Source of the DNA: Chrysomallon squamiferum
Lineage: Eukaryota; Animalia; Mollusca
Length of the DNA: 64,000 bases
Direction: 5' to 3'
Assembly: GCA_012295275.1 (NCBI GenBank)
Contig: CM022672.1
Location: 33,728,001-33,792,000 of the forward strand
Both the position numbers and the translations under genes were made by a program. The notes beneath the pieces are model-generated. The model had not been told where the DNA came from. It saw nothing but the letters and a program-made list of their open reading frames with translations, and did not search any database. Of the stretch, positions 1-64,000 are shown one piece after another; positions within the stretch are counted from its first letter, which is position 1, and each line of letters begins with the position of its first letter.

Positions 1-424
1 CTGTTAGATCCATAGCAACATTGTATCCATGGGTTATTCATAAACTGATCACATCACAATGTTTACAGTTGAAAAAAAACAAAAAAAAAACCTGATTTTC
101 ATTGACTGTTTAGTCATAAAATTAATTATCAGTTAGTTTAAGTTCATTTTAAATAAATCATAATTTGTAAACCCAGTTTCTCAGTAATAAAATAAAGTTT
201 TGACATCAAAGAAATTGTTAATCTGAAATTAATGTTCACATTAAAGAAATCAGCTGTTTTTAAAACCAAATACAGAAGAATTAGTTTTGTCCATGCGTAC
301 AAATGATAAACGTAGGTCTAATTTTATTTTAAACACAACCCAAAAATACAAATCCATACGAAAAGTGAAAAAAAACAAAAATCACTTTAGAGTATCAACA
401 ATAATTAAATTTCAGATCTACTTT

Positions 425-570
425 AAAGAAATCACTTCATGAAAATACTCATTAAACTAAATCACTTCATAAAAATACAAAGTAAACTAAATCACTTCAT
501 GAAAATACACAGTAAACAAAATCACTTATTTTCAGATTTACATTAAAAAAAAAAAAAATCACTTCATCAA
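425..570. repeat. About 30-bp tandem repeat (aaatcacttcatgaaaatac...)
   Basis: 3-4 visible copies. Confidence 0.7.
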
Positions 571-918
571 AACTGAAAACAAAGGTAAAATTTTAGTCCA
601 ATTTCACATCCAGGAAATCACTTTAAAAAAACCCAACAGTTTATAAAATTATCTATACTAATGATATAAATTGTATATACAACAACCATATAATATAATT
701 AATATTACTAAAAGAGGTGTTACCTATATCATATATACATGTAGATATATAGATATGAGCAGTAAGAGTTGAGACAACAGGAAAATGATGAGAGGAGTCT
801 TCCTGAAGACTAATTAAAATAATTTCATGTCACTGAACTTTACACAATGTCACAAAGACCTTGTATCTCTTTATATATAGGTTTTCATATTTTATACACA
901 CAGACAGACAGACAGACA

Positions 919-974
<56 letters not shown>

Positions 975-1075
975 CATACATATATCAGCATATAAATAAT
1001 TATAATTTCTATGTATGTAGTGTAGGTAGCCATTTTAAAATTCTCTCCTTTTCTAATTTTTATTTATTTATTTAT

Positions 1076-1161
<86 letters not shown>

Positions 1162-1590
1162 TTTATTTTTATTTCATTTTAATTTATTTTTATTATTATT
1201 ACTATTTTTATTATTATTTTTATTTTATTTTTATTTTATTTTTCTTTCTTTTTATTATCATTATTATACATTTTTGGGGCTTTAAATAGGTTTATCTCTG
1301 AACACACATTTATTTTGTACCTGCTAAAACAATATTTCACACATGTGTTTAAACTATCACGTTTTTAAGATAAACTGATGGGCTGTTGCTAATCTCCTAC
1401 ACTATCTAGACAGGGTGGAACAGGAAAACAGAGCTCTTTATTGAATCACTGGTTTTAAATTGTGAAATAGCACTAGACAGATTTATCCAACTGTACAGTA
1501 ATTATTAATATGAAACAGGATTTCACACAGATAGTTAAATAACTTTGTAATAATTTATTTCAGACTGCATGTTGGTGTTTGTATTATGGA

Positions 1591-1640
<50 letters not shown>

Positions 1641-1776
1641 CTGTATGTGTATGTATGTGTGTATGTATTGTATATGCATATGTAGGCATTTTTTGCTAGG
1701 TGTTTATTTTAGTATTGCTTATGATGAATTATCTAGTGTGTAGTAGGCTTTAAATACTTGCTAGCTGTATAATGTA

Positions 1777-1816
<40 letters not shown>

Positions 1817-2847
1817 CACAGTTGCTAGGTGTGTTTGTTTTAAAACACTGCTTGTTATGATAAATTATCTAGTGTGAAGAAGGCTTTAAACAGTTGCTAG
1901 ACACTTATTTTAATAACAGCATTTGTTATCATAAATTACCTTGTGTGTGAGATGGCCTTAAATAACCTTGCTAGGTGTGTTAATCTTCAAATCTTACGAA
2001 GATGATGATGATGACAGTTAATGATGCAAGAAAACATCCAATATTCTTTAAATTACAACCCCTCCTCCTCCTCCTCCTTTCCCCCCTCCCAACAAGAAGA
2101 CAGAGTATGAAGAAGAAGAAGAAGAAAAAAAAAATCCTATTATTTTTTGTTAAAGATAAAATGATTGAGTTGAAGAATGTTGGCTCTCATTGAAGTTTTT
2201 GACAGGTTCATTAACTAAGCTGAGACAAACTCGCTACAGAGTTACCTCCCCCTGCCTCCATCTTCAATTAAAGGAGAAACTGAAGTAGTTGTTGCTGAAA
2301 ACTAACCTCTGTGTTGAAGGCAGTCTAACCTCAGATCCGTCAACCTCGTGGTTTTGAAGATCTGTAGCTTGCTTGTTATAAATGGACTGGGTTGTTTAAA
2401 ATAATATATTTCCCGTTCTAACCAGGAACAAACTGTAACTGGTTAACAAAGTTTAAATTTTTTAAAGATGTTAAAATGATGATGATGATGATGATGATGA
2501 TGATAATAATAATAATAATAATAAATAATAATAACAATAATTACTACAACTACTGTATATTACTATCATTATTACTGCTACTACTACTACATTATTATTA
2601 TTACTATACTATTATTATTATTATTAAAATTATTACAGTAACATTTTCAACTAATAGCAAAAATAATCATTATTTCATTAAGTAGGGAATGTATAAGAGA
2701 ATCAGTCGTTTTGATGTTTAGGGAAACATCAAAATAAAGACAGGAAGGAGAAAGCAGGAACTCTCTAGAACTGAAGGTAAATTAATCTGACACCTGAGTT
2801 TTAAAAGTTAAATCTTTTTTCTTCTTTTCTTTTGTATTTTCTTCTTA

Positions 2848-2897
<50 letters not shown>

Positions 2898-3256
2898 TTT
2901 ACCATCTACTGAATAGATTTGTGTTTAAGATATCACACTTAAATTTGATTAAATAAAATTCTGTCCAGTAAAAAAAAAAAAAAATGTTTTTAAATCATTT
3001 ACTTTGCCAGCTGTTAAAATCAGAAAATGAAGATGAAGAGAAAGTTTTGACATTTTAAATAAATTATTTACTCTGGTCACCCATAAAACCAAGTTGACCA
3101 TGTCTGTGGTGACCTTCTTAAGGGGTCATGTTTTTGTTTTCTTGACCTTCTGACCTTTGACCTAACTATGATGATTAATAAAATATATTTAGAGATTGTA
3201 AAATAAAGTAAAAAAAAATATATAAATAAAAAAAATTCAAAAAATAAAAATAAATA

Positions 3257-3293
<37 letters not shown>

Positions 3294-3578
3294 TTAAAGA
3301 AATAATAAAAAAATATATATAGGCCTATCTGACTTCTCCATAACATATTTTATTGATGAGATTTAGATGTAAGAGTAATGGGATCAAATCCAGATACTGA
3401 TTGTTTCAAAACTGAACAGCTTCCAAATGAATCAAACTTGTTGTTGTTGTTGTTGTTACTACTGTTGCTGTTGTTGTTCTTGGTGTTGCAGCTACTACTA
3501 ATACATCTAGTACTACTATTATAATTATTTCATTATTGTTATTATTATTATTGTTATTATTATTATTGTTATTATTAA

Positions 3579-3669
<91 letters not shown>

Positions 3670-4157
3670 TTAAAACCACTTTTCCACTATATAATACCTC
3701 TGATTTAATGGCAATACTCCATGTTCACCTTTTTTGTTCATAAATTCATTATAACCCATCTATTCTCTTCTCCCACGCTTCAGACTTCACATAACCTTTC
3801 TAACTCACAGGTCTGCCAAACTGCTACGAAAACATAACAAAGGTCAGTGTGATAATGAACCGTAAGGTCAGGGGAGACAACTGGTTACGCCCAGATGACC
3901 TAAAAAGGTCACAGATTACATTGACTAGATTTCATATCAACAGGTCAAAGATTATCAGGTAATAGAAAAACAGAGCAAAATTCCCTTGAGAATAATTGCT
4001 AGGTGGGTTTTTAAATTTATTTTGAAGCAGTTTTTTTTTTTTGTTATGTTGAGTTGTCTAGTGTGTGTACAGCTTTCGAAGACAATTGGAAAGTTGCTGT
4101 CTGCTTGATATTAAAAAAATAAAAACATTTTTTTTTTTTTAAAGTATTTTAAATTAA

Positions 4158-4211
<54 letters not shown>

Positions 4212-5010
4212 TTAATAATAGTCATGATAATAATTTTAATAATAATAATAAGAACAATTACAATAATAAAAATACTCATAATAATAACAATAATACTACT
4301 ACTAATAATAATAATAATTTTAATAATAATAATGATAATACAACAACAACAAACGTAATAATAAAGAAAAAAACAAAAACAAAAAAAATTCAGTGTCAAC
4401 AAAAACATCAAAATAAACATAATTTTCAGTACACATGCACTCCATTTTTTTTGTAAATTTTAATTTTAAAATTTGTTTTTAATATATTTATTTCCAATCA
4501 TTATCCACCTACTAAACTAACAAATAACCCACCTACCACCAACCCCCCTACTACCACCCACCCACCACTGCCACCCAGTCTGGCTGGTGATCTATGATAC
4601 GTGATACATGATACATGATACACATACTGTAAAAAGTAACTGATCACGTGCATTAAACAAACCATGATATGAACGTTATTTATTTTTCTGTCATATATAT
4701 ATATATACATATATATATACCCAGTCATTATTCACCCACGAAGTTAAATAACCCCCCCTTCCAACCCCCCACTGACACTGGAGATGGGGGGGGTAGCTAG
4801 CTGATCAGAGAGATATGGTCGTGTACATGATTATTATTATTATTATTATGAAGAGTTGTTGATACTACAGTATCAGTTCTGTGCTGTCTGCGGTTATTTC
4901 CCATTCCAAATACACTCCAGCTGTGATTTTTTTTTTTCTAAAATTGATTAAAGACTACTGCTAATAAAAAAAAAAAAAAAAAAAAAGGATAGAAAAAAGC
5001 TGCTTGTTAA

Positions 5011-5117
5011 GTCAAAATGTCAACAGACAAAATGTTGACAGGCAAAATGTTGACAGGTAAAATGTCGACAGTTAAAATGTCAACAGACAAAATGTCAACA
5101 GCTAAAATGTCAACATC
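5011..5117. repeat. 15-bp tandem repeat aaaatgtcaacagac, about 7 copies
   Basis: Direct reading. Confidence 0.85.
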
Positions 5118-5368
5118 AAAAACTGGCAGCCATTTTGACAAAAGACTCAGTAATTGAAGATCTTTTGGTCACTGACATTTTGACTTCTCTTTTCACTCAT
5201 TCTCATCATTTCATCCTTAATTTATCTTTTCTTTCTTTTCTTCTTCTTCATAATCTAACAATATTGTAAACATATGTGGTGGCTATAATTTTGACCAAAA
5301 ATAATAGTATATGACAATCTTTTGACGTAGACATTTGAAATTTCACATCCTTAATTTATTTTTATCTC

Positions 5369-5401
<33 letters not shown>

Positions 5402-5999
5402 TTCTTCTCTTATTCTTAATCAACCAGCATAGACTTATATACTGTAAATAATAAAGTGATCGTCATTTTTTTTCAACCAAAACAAACCCAATAATTGAAG
5501 AATTTTTAATCACAGACATTTTTTACTTCAAAATTCACACAGCCTCACTTTAATCTTAATTTATCTTTCCAATTTTTTTTTCTTCTTTCTCTCTTCTTCT
5601 CTCCTCCTTAATCTGACAATACCAGCTCTGTAATCAGATATGGTTATGTGTGTATGTTACAAGAACAAAAATTTCCAGCTTGGCAGTATTTGGCTGTGTT
5701 TAAAAATGGCTGCCGAACACTGTGCAGAAAGTGGTACAGATGTGATTAAAACATGCAGGTCTTGATAAACAGGCAGACAAGGAAAACATGGAGCTGTTCA
5801 ATAAATATTGAAAAAGTTTCACAGATGAAACAGAAAAAAAAAAAAAAATAAATAAAGACACCACAGAGTTTCGAACTCATGGGATGCCAAGAAAAAATTA
5901 TCAGTGGATGATAATGTTTGTTTTTGTGTAACGGAAATTTTGTTTTCAAACTGAAATTTGTGTCTGTATTTTCAGTGTTAATATCGTAACAAAAGGAAG

Positions 6000-6031
<32 letters not shown>

Positions 6032-6480
6032 TTTATATGTATGCATGTGCATGTTCGTATATGTAAATATATGTGTATGTGTGTGTATATGTGTAAATGA
6101 GAGTGTGTGTATGTGTGTATATATATATATGCAGATATGAGTGTATGGACGTAATGTATATATCTGTGTTAGATATAAATATACAAGTGTGTTTATATGA
6201 GTGTATATGTTGTGTGTGTTTGTGTGTTTGTGTGTGTTTGTGTGTTTGTGTGTATATGTTGTGTGTGTTTGTGTGTGTATATATGTGTGTGTTTGTGTGT
6301 GTGTGTGTGTGTGTTTGTGTGTATGTGTGTATATGTGTGTGTGAGTGTATGGTTGTGTCAAGAATGTATGTAGTTAATTATATTTGGAGAAAGGTTTAAA
6401 GTCAGAATAAATAGCTGATGGATTGATAAAAAAAAAAAGAATGAGAAAATAAATTACACAGTTTAAAACATTGTTCTAAG

Positions 6481-6545
<65 letters not shown>

Positions 6546-8499
6546 ATTACTGATATGTCAAGAAAATCTCATACTATAATAAATGTGCTAATTATTTTTA
6601 GGAATATACAGACATTTTTTTCACCTGTGGACTATAGTCAGTTTTTCTACTAATCTAACTACTTTGGATCTACATAACTAAGTGTATCAAATTAAATTAA
6701 AGGTATGAATACAGTTACTTAAATCTGGTCAATACATCAATTACCAATTATGATATTTACCTACAATCAACATTTAGGCACAAATTTAAATAATGGATTT
6801 TATTTAAATAGTTTAAAAATATATATTCTTCACATAAAAATACAGCTAAAACATTAAAAGTTAACAATTTTTTTTGTATTAATATTTAAATACAAATGAA
6901 AAATAAACAATTTTTACCTGTAATTACGTCCAAGAAAAGTAGAAACACAAATGATTGTTAATTTGTCTTCTTTCAAGTTTAAAGCTGTTCTACAATGTTT
7001 TAAGTAGCACACTGTTTTAAAAAGTTACAATGTTTTAAAAAGTTACAGTATTTAAAAAAAAACAGTTACACAATGTTTAACACATCTACAATTCCTTCAG
7101 GTAAGTCAGAAACCAAAAGAGGCAACTTCTGCTAGAACAGTGCAGAGAAAGTGAGAAGTGAGGGAGGGGAGGGAAGGAGAATTCAGAAAACATAATCACT
7201 TTATCCAGAACAAAATTAAAAATCTTAAACTTTCTGAAAATAATTTTTTGTAAAAAGAAAAGTATAAGAAATGATATATGAAAAATTGTCAAAATTTCTA
7301 AAAAAAAATCATTATTTTTGTGATTTGGTGGCAAGCTCACACCCCTCCGAGAATAAATGGACTGGCCTAATTTGAGTGAGTTTTGGAGGAAAGTGGAAGA
7401 CTCAAGTTACACCTGGTGAAAACACGGAGAAAATAACTTGAACAGAGAGAAGAGTTTTCCAGTTTTATAAACAAACACAGTTCACTGCCATCTGGCTTCA
7501 TATAGCTCCACACACACACACACACACCACACACACACACACACACGCACACACACAAACACTCATGTACACAAACATCAAAATTACATTAGTATAACTT
7601 GTAATTCTTAAAGACTAATTCATATTTATTTATTTACTGTAACCACAAATGATATACCAGTGTATATATTCCACACACACACACACATATACACACACAA
7701 ATAAACTTTCGCGTAAACAGACATCAAAACTACATTAGTGCTGCTTTGTATGTACGTATGTGTGTATGTGTGTACATTACACTATTATACACTATAATTA
7801 TTATAAATCAAAATACTGCTTGCATACACTAAGTTAGAAAATGATGTAAAAGAAAAGGAAGGAAAGAAAGAAAAAATATTTTAAAATGTTAAAACCAAAA
7901 AAAAAAGATCAGTAAAATTTATACAAAAAGAAAAATAATAAAATAATAAAATAATAATTTAAAAAAAAAATAATAAAATAATAAAATAATAAAATAAAAC
8001 ATGGTTTAAGAAAACAAAATAAAAATAATAAACTAAGTTAATATAGGAAAAAAAAAAAAATAAGGTTTGTAAAAAAAAAAAAATAATCCCTTGTACCCAG
8101 CATAGTTTTGTAAAACTTATCATTAACTAAGGCAAATGGCATCAACAAAAAAAAAAAACAACAACAAAAAAAACACCCTCAAGAATGAAATCCACCAATG
8201 AAAAAGCTTGTTTCTAAACTAATACAGAGCCCAATGAAAACGTTTGTTTCATAAACTATGTATATATGCAAACACCAATCAGAATGCTTGTTTCAGAAAC
8301 CTTCAAACCCAGACACCAATGAAACAAGTGTTGATGTAAAACTAAATACATCCATAACCAGAAATATTCTTTATAAACCTTGTCACAAGAGAAACATAAA
8401 TAAATAAATAAATAAATAAATAAAATACTAATAACTAAGATCTAGAACAATTCAACAGTAAAAAAGAATTGTTTATAACAAACAAGAAATTTGTAATTT

Positions 8500-8848
8500 A
8501 AAATGAAACACAATGTTATGTTTCACTGGGTCCACTTGCTGAAATGAAACATGTTTCATTATGTTCAACCTGTTGAACTAAAAACGAAACTAGGATTCTT
8601 TAAGGGAACCAGCTGAAATGAACTCACCTCTGTTTCACTGTGTGAACCAGATGAAATGAAACAAGTCTGTTTCACTTATTAGAACTGTTGAAATTAAACA
8701 CACATTTCACTATATCCATTCTGTTGAAATGAAAGAAACCTGTATTTCACTGCATTAACCTGTTATACTAAAACACATATGCTATGTTTCACTGTTATAA
8801 TGAAACACACCTATGTTTCACTCTGTTTAAACTAAAACTCAGACTTAC

Positions 8849-8860
<12 letters not shown>
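8500..8860. repeat. Degenerate 35-40-bp repeat with internal inverted motif TGAAA...TTTCA
   Basis: About 9 units abutting the 8849 splice donor. Confidence 0.7.
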
Positions 8861-63976
<55,116 letters not shown>

Positions 63977-64000
63977 CTGAAAATAGACAGAATATCTTGT

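Noticed and set aside
5868-5890. Minus-strand ASHEF as the RSHESL exon
   Set aside because: No acceptor, and the flanking translation does not match the family.

Overview
AT-rich, microsatellite-dense animal genomic DNA. It is probably an invertebrate, plausibly a mollusc; that is an inference from repeat style and a tRNA-SINE-like head. Nearly all ORFs in the supplied track are microsatellite artefacts. The window is the 5' part of one large minus-strand gene, a SynGAP/DAB2IP/RASAL2(nGAP)/raskol-family RasGAP, that extends beyond both ends. Core exons read by hand: 63976-63852 (N-half of a split PH domain, ...LWERFFCVLLQDIGVLTCHRSEE), 63087-62981 (interrupted by stops), 43800-43741, 9708-9599 (ERRGS) and 8952-8849 (NLKRTKSVTKLDRK). 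The main finding is a series of alternative ATG-containing first coding exons inside the long introns. All end in phase 1, so they splice in frame onto the shared body. They encode different candidate membrane anchors: a myristoylation motif (MGSNFSRK), a di-cysteine palmitoylation-type motif (MDYICPC), an amphipathic aromatic helix (MNIIRFFRYLF) and short basic peptides. Several lie near promoter-like motifs (RFX X-box, YY1, GC box, CCAAT). Family assignment is from recalled motifs; no database search was run.
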